A stretch of DNA of 64,000 bases from Eledone cirrhosa (lineage: Eukaryota), in the NCBI GenBank assembly GCA_964016885.1, contig OZ024745.1, positions 30,814,001-30,878,000 of the forward strand, read 5' to 3'. Each line of letters opens with the position of its first letter. Position 1 is the stretch's first letter. Both the position numbers and the translations under genes were made by a program. The notes under the pieces were generated by a model, which worked only from the letters and a program-made list of their open reading frames with translations, had not been told where the DNA came from and ran no database searches. Positions 12,776 to 26,560 of the stretch are shown one piece after another.

Positions 12776-14440
12776 AACAAAGTCAATCTGTAAACGCAGA
12801 ACTGGATATTTCAAAAAACGTTGCAACCGGAGGAAGACAGGAAGACGATACTTTGGTTCGTGGAAACGTTCCCTGGCAAAGAACGGCAAAAAACGAATAT
12901 AATACGTCATTAATAGGAGCGGTGAAAAACAATTACGCGCAAAGACAGAAACACGTTTATGGTATAAAAGAGGTCGTAGACTAATGTTCTCTTCGGTGGT
13001 GCATAGAGACGTTCACTGGCAATGAACGAAAAAACGAAGATAATACGTCATATGTGGAGCGTAGAGAACAATAGCACGCAAAGACAAAACCACGTAAATG
13101 GTATAGCAGAAGTCGTAGACTAAAATTCTAACAAGGAGACCAAATGAATCTCCGCTATAGAGTTAAGAACCAAGTAAATAAATACAATACAGAAGTAATA
13201 GAAATAAATAAATACATACACGCAAACAAATACGTACATACACAAGCATACGCAAAAACTTACCATAGGTATACAAAACCACGGACATATAAATGTGTGT
13301 GTGTATGCGTGTATACAAATAAATAAATAATTATATAAACGTATATAAATAAATAAATACGTATATAACAAGCGCACACACATACCTACATATAAATACA
13401 CGAATGTTCGGAGACGTAAGTCAACTAAAACAAGAAGTACACATATACACACACCCACCATACGTACGAACCTGCATACTCACACAGACGCAAAACTCCC
13501 GTATACACATAGCCAAACCATATGTACCAGAATATATAAAATTATACGCCATAACAATCAAATATACGTACGAGAAGGTATACGTACCTTCACAAAACAT
13601 ACGGGTAATATATACTTACCTATGCAAATAAGTAAAGGAATAAACAAAACATATACTTAGCTCCCACATCAAGACGTAAAATATCCACGTACAGATCGTA
13701 CTATCCGTTAGGGTATAACGTGGGGCTGTAATACAGGAAAGTTTTGTGCAATTTATGTTTACAACCCGAAATTGCCTCAGATTTTTTGTTTAAGATGTGG
13801 TCTGTGGCGTAGAGTATTTCCAGGGCCTCAGCGGCGCAGAGGTCACATATGCCGAGGGTAGAGATATTTTGATGATTTTGGTATGTTTATGTACATTTTT
13901 TCCTTCTAACTTTGATTTTGTACCTAATTATGTATGGTTAACTATATGTCTAGTCAATTTCTACAGGCTATCAGAAATACTAGGTAAATTTTCTGTAGCC
14001 GTGAGTCGCGGATAAAAAGCTATATTATTTATCTATTGTTTCTTCATAAGTATATTTTAAATTTATAGCCTCGTTTAAGTGATTTTTTGTGTGGTTGATT
14101 TATGCTGATTAGGAGAAGAAATACTGTATATATTTTATCTACTAATGATTCTATGGACTTACTTTATATATATATATATACATATATATGATTTCGGATT
14201 CATAGAAACACTTTAGACGTATATCGTTTGATTTGTCCAGGTGTATCTTTTAACCTGTTAGTTCTTTCGTTACTTTGGTATTGTGTGGTTGGGTTTTGCC
14301 TACCGCAATGTTCAATTTGTCAAGCTATTTAAACGTATGTTATTACTCTAAGGACCCTTATTGAGTGCTTTACTAACTCATTCCTATTGTAGGTCGACTT
14401 TGCTTGCCCACAGCCAAAGCTTCGATTTTACTAAGCTTTC

Positions 14441-14484
<44 letters not shown>

Positions 14485-14632
14485 GATGATTTCTCCCGAA
14501 TGAAACAGTTCTAATCCTGTAGAAGCCATTTCTATATTAAATATATATATATATATATATATTGGGTCGTCAAGTATGAAATTTGTAGGGAAAAAAAAAC
14601 AAATTTGTAAAAATTTCATACTTGATGACCCA

Positions 14633-14717
<85 letters not shown>

Positions 14718-14720
<3 letters not shown>

Positions 14721-14962
14721 ACTTTATTTCACGTTGCTCCGGTTCACTCAGCTGTACAAATGAGTGGCGACGTCACTGGTGTCAATCTGTATCGGCCTTT
14801 GCATTTCCCTTAGGACAACATCAGTGGCGTGGAGAGGGGAGACTGGTATGTATGGGCGACTGCTGATCTTCCACAAAAATTGCCCGGACTTGTACCTTGA
14901 GGGAGAACTTTCTAGGTGCAAAACCCATGGTCATTCGTGACTGATTGGTGTCTTAACCCTTT
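14718..14962 (+). mobile_element. CORE-type SINE, 5' truncated
   Basis: Homologous to 60-305. Confidence 0.7.
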
Positions 14963-15355
14963 ATATATGTATATATGTGTGTATGTGTGTATTTATATAT
15001 TTAGAGAGAGAGAGACCCATTCATTCACTCCTATCTTTACACACGCCGTCTCCCAGTTGAAATGTACGAAAAATAATTCTCTTTGTCACAAGAAAGCTTT
15101 CTGGTTCACATGTTTGGAGGGAGGCGTGGGGGAGGTCTTTGTTGTTTGTTTTTGTTTTGCTTTCTTTTCGTTCCTATTTCAATAAAGTTCATTTCATTGA
15201 CAACAAATAACATACAGCTCCAAATGGCGGCTATTTTCTCATATTTCCTTTGTTGACATAACACGACAGTTAGTTGTGTTAGAGAAGAAAGAGGTGTATT
15301 CTTTACATGGACATGCGTGGGCTGAAATGTTCATTAGATTATCGTCCCAGCTTCA

Positions 15356-15410
<55 letters not shown>

Positions 15411-15424
15411 ATATATATATATAT

Positions 15425-15475
15425 AGTTTCAGAAGATCCCGTTAAGGGTGAAAGCAGCGATTCTTTGCTTAAACT
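15425..15475 (+). ncRNA. Hammerhead with variant core CAGAAGA
   Basis: AGTTT-CAGAAGA-T-CCC gttaa GGG-T-GAAA-GCAG cgattct TTGC-TT^AAACT, with AATAAA ~16 nt downstream. Confidence 0.65.
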
Positions 15476-15571
15476 TTAATCTGTTATTTTTAATAAATAT
15501 TTGCTCTACGGTTCTTATATATCTGATATATATTTATCCTTATCGAGCCCTCTTTGGATTTTAGTCTTCAA

Positions 15572-15607
<36 letters not shown>

Positions 15608-15773
15608 TTATCCCCAAGAACTATGCCTGTAAATAATATTATTCTTTCTTTCCCATTTCCTTAACATGTTCAACATCACATTATCTTCTCTCAAACATTT
15701 TATACCAATACAAATTCCCCCCTTTGATAATGCATAAAATGCTGAAACCGGTAATAGACAATTATTAAATATA

Positions 15774-15804
<31 letters not shown>

Positions 15805-15953
15805 ATGCCATTATTAATTAATAAATAAATTAACTCATACCTTAACACTTCACACAAAGTAAAATACTTTGTTTTAAACTTTTTCTAACCCAGAAAAAAA
15901 TAAAATAAAAAATGTTGTTTTTTTCCCTAATAATCGTCTTTTTCTCCCTATTT

Positions 15954-16009
<56 letters not shown>

Positions 16010-16210
16010 TTTCTGTTTTAGGCGCAAGGCTAACAATTTTGTGGAAGGGGGAAGTCGATTAAATTGACTCAGTGTGTTACTGGTACCTTATTTTATCGAC
16101 CCCGAAAAGCAAAGCTACCTTCGGCTGATTTCAACTCAGAACGTAAAGGGCCGTAACTATATGCCACAGAGTATGTTGTTCGATGCTCTACTGATACTGC
16201 CAATCCACCA
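16010..16210 (-). mobile_element. SINE family 1
   Basis: Core and B-box on the minus strand. Confidence 0.7.
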
Positions 16211-16269
16211 AATAATAATGATAATAATAATAATGATACCTTTATTAGCCATGCGAGGCTCCCATTAAG

Positions 16270-16760
16270 AAAACATTAAGGACGGCACAGAAGGTACAGT
16301 GTAGGTTTTGGTATGTAAAAAAGTTTTAAAACAAAAACAAAGAAAACATGCAAACATTCAAACAAAATAGCGAGGGATTTCCTAGGATCACACATAGAAA
16401 ATACCCACAAAAAGCCATGGTCACTCTGGTCACTAGGGCAAGTGTCTTCTCCCAGTTGCCCCCCTGCAATCTACAAGCCCACGCTTACCTCTTTAACTCA
16501 TCTTTCAACAAATTGGCTGGAAGGTAGCACTTCCCTCTCCACCCTGATTTTCCTTAAGTGAAACCTGAAAAAGTTAACGAGGGTTTCGCCGAAAAGGAAA
16601 GTGCTTGTCTCTAACCTTTTCAAACTCGTCCACCACACGACTTCCTTCGCCATAACCGCCAGGCAAATAAAAAACTGCCTGCCCTTCCTGGCTAAAGGAA
16701 GGCGGTGGTATGACTTTCACGGTGGTATGGACTCAACTGATAGTCGGATCCTTCCTACAC
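16270..16760 (-). mobile_element. LINE 3' fragment (Tx1/L1-like)
   Basis: Minus-strand translation ..FICLAVMAKEVVWWTSL.. resembles the C-terminal region of Tx1/L1 ORF2. Confidence 0.4.
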
Positions 16761-17084
16761 ATGATACTCCAAAATAAACCACAATTTTTAACCAGCTATA
16801 ACACTACTATAGCTTTCACACCATTTTACTACCTATGTACAGTGTGCTGGTGGTTAATGCTATTTCATAGATGTCCAATTCTAGGTGACTCGATTATTCA
16901 ACCTAGGATTGCTACCTTGTTTTAGTTACTTCACTTACTCTACAAATACCCGTTAACAGGGTAAGTATTCTATATTTCCTCATCCAATCTTCTTGAGCCA
17001 TTAAGGTGAAGAAACCCATTGATATCTATATCTGATTACGTTAATTGAAACAGGTCACACTACTGCTCGAGTGCGTGGGATATT

Positions 17085-17495
17085 ACTTTTGTTGTATTTG
17101 TTGTTGTTGTCATTCTTCATGTTATTGACCTTGCTGTTTATTGTTGCTGTTGCTGCTGTTGTTGTTTCTGCTGCTGTTTTGTTACTGGTGCTGTTATTTT
17201 TGCTGCTGCTGTTGTTGCTGTTGCTGTTTCTGCTGCTGTTGTTGTTGTGATTGTTGCTGTTGCTGCTTGTTTTGATGTTGTTGATGTTGTTCTTGTTGTG
17301 TTCTTGATGATATTGTTGTTGATGTTGTTGCTGCTGGTGTTGTTACTCTTGATGTTGTTGTTGTTGTTGTTGTTTATGGTGCTGTTATTGTTGCTGGTGG
17401 TGTTGTTGTTGCTGCGGTTACTGCTATCGATGTTGTTACCGCAATTGTTGTTGTGGCCGTTGTTGTTGTTGTTGTTGTTGCAACTGATGTTGTTG
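17085..17495. repeat. Degenerate (TTG/CTG)n trinucleotide repeat
   Basis: Directly visible. Confidence 0.9.
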
Positions 17496-17578
17496 TATCT
17501 GCTTAACGCCAAGGAGACGGGATAAGTACCGGCCAGATGAGTCTCCGGCCTTGGGGCAGACTTTAGGCTTTCTTCATT

Positions 17579-17629
<51 letters not shown>

Positions 17630-17633
<4 letters not shown>

Positions 17634-17742
17634 GAAAATGCATGACCCCGACGGCAGAGCTCAAGCCGTTTCGACGGCTATTTCGTCCAGAAATAGCCGT
17701 CGAAACGGCTTGAGCTCCGCCGTCGGGGTCATACATTTTCCT
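17630..17742. repeat. Palindromic pLTR-like fragment
   Basis: GGAAAATG..ACCCCGACGGCAGAGCTCAAGCCGTTTCGACGGCTATTTC gtcca GAAATAGCCGTCGAAACGGC..CATTTTCC. Confidence 0.9.
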
Positions 17743-17820
17743 ATTACCCACTCTACTACCCTAAGTATTGAGTACTCTGGTGCGTTATGATCCATCTGGT
17801 TCCTTACCACAACTCCTTTG

Positions 17821-17862
<42 letters not shown>

Positions 17863-18452
17863 AATATAAAGAAATACACGGATACATGCGAACACATACA
17901 TATACATGAATATATCCACATATATCTCTGAATTTGTGTGGTGCCAACCTTAACCATTGTTGCTCTATGAATAACTGGGACAAAATAATCCGAATGGATT
18001 AGATTGATTTATAACTCCCTATGGTAGAGTAACCACTGAAGTGTAGTGACTGCTGGATAGCTTTCATTACTCAAACTTCTCGCCCTCCTAACCATCTCTT
18101 CTGCGGCCTTGACATAGATACCCCCTCCGCCTTTTGTGGTATTTTTTTCTTGGTTGTAAGAGGCTTAGCTCTGTTTCTTGACCGCTGTATCACGTGATTG
18201 ACTCCCCCTCCGCCTTTCGGGATTCTATCTTGCGTCCTACGGACGTGTCTTGAAACTCTAAATGAAGTATCCCCTTGATAAGTCGGCAAACCTCACAAAA
18301 ATACAGCATCTCTGTGATGTAGAGTTTTTGCATAATAAGTCACGAAACTACGTAGTCGAGGAGTAATAAAGAAATTTCAGTATGGTATATCTTATTAATT
18401 ATATCTAATGTTTCTTCTTTCTTTATAATGTATTATATATACATATATATAA

Positions 18453-18533
<81 letters not shown>

Positions 18534-18575
18534 AGAAAAAAAGAGAATCAGTGTTGCGACGAATTGAATTTATTG

Positions 18576-18671
18576 GACATATTACAATCGTTTCTCTGGC
18601 GACCAGCTCGAGGCACGATCGATGTGATGATCGAACCTGACTCTGAAAATCGCAAGGTCCTCAGATACGTC
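18576..18671 (-). ncRNA. Type I hammerhead with long (~63-nt) helix II
   Basis: Minus strand: GACGTAT-CTGAGGA-[long hairpin GCGATT..CGATC atcacatc GATCG..GGTCGC]-GAAA-CGATTG-TA^ATATGTC-C-AATAAA. Confidence 0.75.
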
Positions 18672-18714
18672 TTGATTCTACGAAGAATCATTCTTCGTAT
18701 AATCATCCAACACC

Positions 18715-18774
<60 letters not shown>

Positions 18775-18785
18775 ATTAGCATAAT

Positions 18786-18976
18786 AATTGTTTCTACTTT
18801 TGGCACAAGGCAAGCAATTACCCAGTGTATTACTGGTACTTTATTTTATCGACCCCGTAAGGATGAAAGGCAAAGTTAACCTCGGCGGGATTTGAACTCA
18901 GATCATAAAGGGACGTAACTCTATGCTTCAAAGCATGGTGTCCGACTCTCTACCGATACTGCCAATCCACCGCCCA
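18786..18976 (-). mobile_element. SINE family 1 with TSD
   Basis: Full-length. CAATTA(G/C)CATAATAAT on both flanks. Confidence 0.85.
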
Positions 18977-19172
18977 TCAATTACCATAATAATGATCTAA
19001 TGAAGCCAACAACCAAATCTCTCTGAAACCATTCACTATCGTCTGAAGAATGGGAAATAAAAAATATGGCGTAGTTGTTAATTATATATATAATTTGGAT
19101 CTAGCTGTTGAAACGGCCGTAGCGCAGCCGTCGGAGTCTTGAATTTTTCATATATATATATATATATATATA

Positions 19173-19839
19173 CTAGCTGGCCCGTCCGGCTGACGTCTGG
19201 CTAGGTATACCGGCATTTTATATTTTCAGGAATCCCCCTCCACTGCAGTGCAAAGATACCGCACGCCCTCTCAAGTCAGCGAGGGGAGGGGGAACGTGCT
19301 CTGATGTTGGGTTTGAATATTTTTTAGGATTCCTCAGTTGAGCAGCCAGTACGTTAAAGAAAATTGATAGTTACAACAATAAAGGTTGAACAGAGAACAC
19401 ATTTTTTTAACAAACTTTACAATAATTTGTACAACCATAATGGAAATTCCAAGTAACAGAAAATACATAAATTACATTGTTAGAGCCTCCGAGTATACAA
19501 TATTTTTTGTTCGGCCCTCGGGTAAAAGATGAAGAGATTGTTTGGCGAGCTCACCCTAGAGCATCCTACATACAATTATTCATGGGAGAAGCAGGCTTTT
19601 ACCAGATGAAGGCCAGCCACTTTTAGGGTTTGACACTGAGCTTTGTTGATGGTAATCGCGAAACTTAGTCTCTCTATTGCTCTCGTAACATTTTTTCTTC
19701 GGGAAAATCTGATCTTGCGGCCAGGCTGGGACATTTTGGGTGGCATATCGGCAGTAACAATGATGATAAGCCGTCTGTGCTTTCGTGAAATAAATACGTT
19801 TTGTTTTTGTGTATGCAAAAATATCTGTACGCGAATATA

Positions 19840-19897
<58 letters not shown>

Positions 19898-20443
19898 TAA
19901 CAAATTAAAGTTTAAGCAAAGAATCGCTGCTTTCACCCTTAACGGGATCTTCTGAAACTAAAAAAAATCAATCTGTGAACACAGAAGTAAATATTTCGAA
20001 AAACGTTGCAGAGTGTACGGTATCTTTCCACTGAATTAATTAAAAGTTGCTTAGAACCGAAGTCAATGCAGACAGACAGCCAGACAGACATATATTATAA
20101 GCGTGTGACGTTATAGCTTTGTATCTAATGCAGACAGCCAAACATACAGAGACATATTATAAGGGCGCGACGTTATAGCTATGTATCTATCTAAAAAGAC
20201 AGACTAAGAAAGATAGAGGAATGTCGTATAACCGGAAGTGTTGACATTTGAAAATTTTAAAGAAGTGAATATTTAAATAAACGATAAAATATCTAATCTT
20301 TTAACGAAATTTAGAAGACAAAAATACCCTCACTTTCTTACTTGTAAAAAGTTACATCTATGGTGCAAATTTGGTGCTTTTTGGTCCAGCCATTTGGCGA
20401 AAAGTTTCTTACATACATACGGCCGTCAGCTTTATAATATAGA
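19173..20443 (-). mobile_element. Internally deleted Helitron with PIF1-helicase C-terminal remnant
   Basis: 5' TC end (TCTATATTATAAAGC at 20443). 3' hairpin CGTC-agccg-GACG followed by CTAG|T at 19173. 19480-19675 translates RLSFAITINKAQCQTLKVAGLHL..FSHE*LYVGCSRV..TKNIVY. Confidence 0.85.
19909..19959 (-). ncRNA. CAGAAGA-variant hammerhead, nested in the Helitron
   Basis: Reverse complement of 15425-15475. Confidence 0.65.
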
Positions 20444-20682
20444 TATATAGAGAGATATACAGGGGCGGAGGAAGCATTTTTGAATTGGTGGGGACAAACT
20501 TGGTCAATTTAGCTGTAGAGCACAACACAAAATGTTTTCTCAGAAACGAAAGTCTATGTTTATAGCTGTATGTGCATTTTAATGTTTCACCAACATAAGT
20601 AAATTGCAGTTTGAATTGAAACAAATATAGACACACGCACACATACATGTGTGTGTGTATATATATGTGTGTGTGTTTGTAT

Positions 20683-20684
<2 letters not shown>

Positions 20685-20777
<93 letters not shown>

Positions 20778-20778
20778 T
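20685..20778. repeat. (GATA)n microsatellite
   Basis: Directly visible. Confidence 0.95.
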
Positions 20779-22479
20779 AGTTATGTACACGAGCGGTGGA
20801 AGCATTTCTGAATGTGAGGAAGGGGGGCAATTTGCTCAATTTAGTTGTGGTGATTAGTTTAGCTCTTTGTCCTCTAAAGTGGTCGGAAAAGTTCAATATG
20901 CGATAAACATAACATGTACATAAATTATAGCAATATCCAAATAAATGTGTTTTGGTAGTTTGGGGAGAAACTACCAAACTCTCTTCCATTCCCCCTCTAT
21001 ATATCAATTAACACCAAACTCTTCCCCTCTCTATATCTACTACGCGGAACTCTCTTCCAAACCTCTTCTCTATATCTACTACACGGAACTCTCCCCCTCT
21101 CTATATCTAATATACAACACACTCTCCCAACCTTCCTCTGTATATCAATTACCACCAAACTCTCCCCCTCTCTATATCTATATCTATCTCTCCCATTTAT
21201 CTCCACGTAACATGTACATAAGTTCTAGCGCGCATATACAAATAGATGTGTGTTTTGGTAGTTTGGGGAGAAAAATATAATTATTGGGGGGAGGGGCATG
21301 TCCCCCTTCACCCCACATCCACAGCCCCTTATATGTTTATATATACATATTATACTATATTATATTATATTATATTATATTATATTTACTTTTTATATTC
21401 ATAGACGGAACAAAAGCGGTACTTCAAAGGCCAATATTGACCCCATCTACAGAATGTAAGGGGGATTAAAATTGTGACCTAATGTTCAGGTGCTTATACG
21501 AGTTTATAATGTCAATGAACATAAATAAATAATATATTTCAGCCCTCCACCCGATTGAGCATTGATTTTCTCATATATATATATACGGGATAACAGGTTA
21601 TCGTTATAGGCAGTCCACTTAGATGTAGTCCAGTTGGAGTACTCCGTGTAGTGGATAGTATTAACGTGCGGCTTAGTTTGACTCAACAAGACGTTTCCAT
21701 AGTGATGCTGCGAGTTCGCGGTGATTTCTATGTAGTTTATACTTGGAGTAATAATAATTCAAGAAAGAAGAGTGACATGGTTCGCTATACAATAAGGGCT
21801 TTATTTACATTGCTGACAATTGTTTCTTTGATCTGGTAGGTCTAGAGTTCGCTATCCGCCTGATTATGCGCCAATCGAACTCCAATACTTTGTTTATAAC
21901 CAGTCGTTTTCATCAGAGCAGGTGAAATGAAGAAGATACACAAGGCGTGGTTTTTATATAGGTGTGGTATTAAACCAGAACAATAATATCAATAATAAAA
22001 TAAAATAACTAGATAGCAAATAGTTAAAATAATAACATCAATATAAGTAAAAGATAGAGTATAATGAAGAATCTAGCATGTTAAACAAACTGATATGATA
22101 CAGATGTATGGAATTGACATGTGAAAACTGCTATAGGGTACATTAGATATAGCGATGGGGTGGCGACAATATAACAGTAACCACTAAAATGTACTTGGAG
22201 ACAGAATTTATGAGGTATCCACTGTGCTGTCGGTATTCTGGCAATAAACCGGAGATTTACTTATTATTTGACAGATAAACATTTTCGTTTTATTAATTTA
22301 TTTAGTGAGGATGATAGTTTTTATGTGGTGTTAAATGGAGTTGTAGATTCGTTATTTAAGTGGCCTATACTAAAGGTAGGGATTGTTAGTTTGAATCGTG
22401 GGGGTTTAGTTTTCACAGCATCAATAACAAATCGTGTATAAATAAGACAGTAATAACAACAATAATAGAAACAATAAAG

Positions 22480-22564
22480 GTAATAAAATAGTGAAATGTG
22501 CATGGTAGATATATTATTCATTATGTTCTATATATCTACCATGCACATTTCACTATTTTATTAC
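22480..22564. repeat. Short perfect inverted repeat (~34-bp arms)
   Basis: TAATAAAATAGTGAAATGTGCATGGTAGATATA / TATATCTACCATGCACATTTCACTATTTTATTA. Confidence 0.9.
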
Positions 22565-23949
22565 CTACAACAATAGCAACTAGCCTTAAACAACAAGTAA
22601 TATTGTAATAAACCGAGTTCACATGTCAGATTTCATTCCCAGTTTTAGCTATGTTACTTCACACACGCCACTAATACCTTTGGGAAATTTGCAAGTGTCA
22701 GTTCTTTATAGCCTTATACTTAACTAGAAAATCAATAGATTGCTACAAGGTCGTAAATGTTTCGTTAAAGAAATGTTTCTTGCAAATGTAATGTTTTATC
22801 AAGATTAATTAGTTGGGTATATGAAGTTAAATAGCTCAAACAGAAATCACAACTGGTTGTTGCTTCTTTGTGTGTACATGCGTATGTATATATGATCTGG
22901 TTAAGCTAACAACGTATTTAAAATTGAGTGGCACAGCTTCAAGTGTTCGGAAATTTTTAGTCAACTTAATCAGTGAAACAATTGTTAGACTGTAAATAAA
23001 ACCCTTTTTGTACTGTTGACCATGTTATTCTTCACACTTTCAATATTATTACTCCAAGATAAACAAACAAGCTTTTTGAGTAAAATTGGATAGACAGAAA
23101 CTATGCGGAAGCCCACCAGGTTGATAGTATCTCATATGTTGCGATTTCTTCTCCCCGTATAACAGGACTGTAATGGCCATGGACACTATCTTGCTTCCTC
23201 TGCCTAAACCACAACAAACCTGTCTTATACTTATTCTTTTCGTTTTCTTATCATTTATTTTTAGTCGTGTATAAATTTGAAGTATAAAAAATGTGGACAA
23301 AAGAATAAAAATATGATACACTATTTACAAAGAAGAGAATAAAAAGATCTTAGGAATGGAATGAAGTGGTTCATTATTGAGAATGTGTAATCAGGCTAGT
23401 GAAGCCACCGAAAAGGATTATAGTAAAATAAACTATCATCCCTTTCATGATGGCCTGTAAAAGGAGCACTTTATGAAAGTCAGAATTTTTTTATTTACAA
23501 ATTTTGAAATATATATATTTTTTTAATGTTACTAAAAATGGTAGGGTATAACCAGAAACAGGTTTTTTAATTACTCAACAGAAGAAATTAAATACATTAG
23601 TCAGAGTATTTGGTTTATTGCAGGTATCTTTTTCATGGAAGAAATTTTAACTGAACACCACAACCTAGCGAAACAATCGGTAGTTATACAGTATTCGTCT
23701 CTCGTTACAGGTGTGAACTGCACTCTAACCTGATACATATATACGACTATTAGGAGGAGGGAACAAACAGTAGTTAAATACCTTTACCAGAAACTTATAG
23801 AAATACCAGTAATGAAACACGAACGACAAACACTTACCACCTAATGACTTGGCCATCTGCTATCATCAATCCGTTTAATCAACGTAATCAATGTTTCCTG
23901 TTTGGAAAAGAAATTTGGCGCTATATGTCATTATAGTAGACAGCCCCCT

Positions 23950-24165
23950 AGGGAGGTTGATTGGTAATATCGGTAGAGCGTCGGGCATGCTTTGCAGCAT
24001 AGAGTTACGTTCCTTTACGTTCTGAGTTCAAATCCTGCCGAGGTGAGCGTTGCCTTTCATCCTTACGGTGTATATAAAATAAAGTACTAGTAACGAACTG
24101 GCGTTAATTTAATCGACTTTCCCCTTCCACAAAATAGTCGGCCTTGTGCCCTAAAACAGAAACCA
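23950..24165 (+). mobile_element. SINE family 1
   Basis: A/B boxes and core. CATTATAGTAGAC on both flanks. Confidence 0.8.
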
Positions 24166-24599
24166 TTATAGTAGACTGTCCCGAGTTTCAATAAGCAATC
24201 TTTTCATAGGAAACGGTAATCTCAAAAGCGAGCCTAGATGGCGATTCCGTTTCGATATTTTGTTGAAGCCTTATTTAACTTTCTGTTTAATGTCTTTGGG
24301 AAATCATTGAGCACCACAAATTCCCATGTAACTTCTCTGTAAAGTATAAGAATAACTTTATTGCTGCTAGAGCTAGAAGCAAACAAATTTTACGATTTCT
24401 CGAGTATGATTTAAAAATTGAAATGTTAAAACCCCAAAACAGATCCGCTACAATGATAAAAGCGTTAGAAAATTGGGTAAAATATATTTAAGGGCATGAA
24501 ATAAGTGGACAGCAGCTACTACAGAGTATGATTCTTATAATGGCAGCTGGACCAATCCCACTCTCTGAACAACAGAGACAAGTATCCAAAAAGAAGAAC

Positions 24600-24930
24600 A
24601 AGTTAGTATCATTGGTTGACATCTATCCTGATAGACGAACTTATCCACAACCTTCAATATTTTCCTTTTGACAGATATGGATGATGCAATATATGGCTTT
24701 CTGGGTGCATGGTAGTACATTCCCACTATCTTTTATCTTTTTCATGCTGATTGTCAGCCCAAACTCATCAGACGCCGCCAAGAAGTAGTCAGAAGCTGAA
24801 GGTCTTCTTCCGTGTGGCTAACAAAATCAAAGTCGTCTGCATAAAGATCTCGTATCAGTGCAATATATGTTTTTGATGCAGTAAAGAATCGTTGGATGTT
24901 AAAGAATCTTCTTGTTGTTCGATAACGTAT
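24600..24930 (-). pseudogene. RTE LINE RT catalytic-region fragment
   Basis: LIRDLYADDFDFVSHTEEDLQLL and LKVVDKFVY, frameshifted. Confidence 0.75.
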
Positions 24931-25024
24931 GCATATGCCACATACATACATGATGGCTGCCCCCTCGTTATCGAGTATGGCCATTGCACGAAAAAAACAT
25001 AATAACGACAATAATAATAACAAC

Positions 25025-25067
<43 letters not shown>

Positions 25068-25094
25068 TATATATATATACACACACACATACAC

Positions 25095-25162
<68 letters not shown>

Positions 25163-25168
25163 AAACAG

Positions 25169-26050
25169 TTAACAGCGCTGCGATCGAATGTGGCTTTTTA
25201 GCCCAGCCAATGGTCTGAAATGTCTTGCACAGAATTGGCAAGCAAAACATTCACTGGGAATAGCCGGCTGTGGTTGGGGTTCGTGTACTTTTACAGGTCG
25301 TTTGAGCCCTCCTGCTGATTTACATTCTCTACCACATGCTTGGCAAGCATGATGAGTAGCATCTCCAACAGCAGCCTGGTAGTTAACCACTGGTCTCACT
25401 TTATGACTACGAAGATGACTTTCGAGTCCAGCTTTGCTGAGGCAGAGTCTCGCACAGCCGCTGCATGTTAGCGCCATAGGAGGACCTTCGCTGTCTGGAA
25501 ATGCAACAGTAATGCCCTTCCTCACATCCCTCTTTACTTCCTCGTATGCGATTCGAGAGGCATCAAAGGCAACTTTCCCCTCATATACAGTCTTTCTCCA
25601 TTTATTACAATCAGCAGCAACATTTTCCCATGTATCAGCAGAGATGTTAGCGTCTTTCAAAGAGGCTTTCAACGAATCCTTATACCTCTTTTTTGGTTTA
25701 TGTAGAGGTCGTTTTCCTTTAGCTAACTCTCCATAAAAGAGTTGTTTTGGTATTCTAGAATCTTTCATCCTGGCAAGGTGACGACTCCAACGGAGTGTTT
25801 GCTTAAGCACAAGAGCTTCTATACTGTCGCACAGAGAGCTTTCCAAAATCTCGACATCACTGATATGGTCTCTCCAGTGAACGCCATGGATCCGTCTGAG
25901 ACACATCTGGTGGAAACGCTCCAATTGTTTAAGGTGGTGTCGATATGTGACCCAGGTCTCGCAAGCATAAAGAAGAGAAGAGAGCACACATGCCTTGTAC
26001 ACCTTTACCTTTGTCTTCTTGCAGTCTCGCCGACTCCAGAGTCGCCTTTC
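25169..26050 (-). mobile_element. RTE/BovB-like LINE 3' end: RT thumb plus three C2H2 zinc fingers (5' truncated)
   Basis: KVKVYKACVLSSLLYACETW..ERFHQMCLRRI..LRWSRHLARMKDSRIPKQLFYGEL..KRYKDSLK, then CxxC..GLxSHxRSH three times (the middle one degenerate). The N-terminal ~20 aa of the ORF are microsatellite. Confidence 0.9.
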
Positions 26051-26136
26051 ATATATACATACATACATACATACATAACATAACATATATATATATATAT
26101 ATTCTCTTATATTCATACATACCTACATAACTACAT

Positions 26137-26560
26137 GATGGCTGCCCCCTCGTTATCGAGTATGGCCATTGCACGATATACCATTATTAATAATTATTAA
26201 TTAATTCTATCGTGCAATGCCTGTGCGTGAAGATATTTTTTAAAGTGAGGAAAAACTGTGCACTGAACCAATCCCACTCTCTGAGCGACAGAAAAGAAGA
26301 AAAGATCAACATCATCGGTAATTACTGAGCCGCAGGTTTTATATCGGAGTTATCCCAGTTCCCTGAGTTGCCTTCTCCTAGAAGAATGCCCTGACAAGGG
26401 CTAAGGGTCCTTCACTCCCAGTAGTTTAACAGCGCGATCGGGTATCCAGCCCCTTTATTTCTATGTCCCCGCGCATATACATACATATGCATACACATAT
26501 ATACATACATACATACATATATACACATGTACATACATAGGGCAGAAGAACTCATAAGAG
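26137..26560 (-). mobile_element. Retroposon family B copy
   Basis: Homologous to 9195-9860 without the nested SINE. Confidence 0.7.

Noticed and set aside
15724-15753. Hammerhead-like TTGATAA-T-GCA..TGC-T-GAAA-CCGG-TA
   Set aside because: Core mutated at two positions and helix I does not pair; decayed relic only.
17138-17525. Poly-N/Q and poly-L ORFs
   Set aside because: Trinucleotide repeat translations without gene context.
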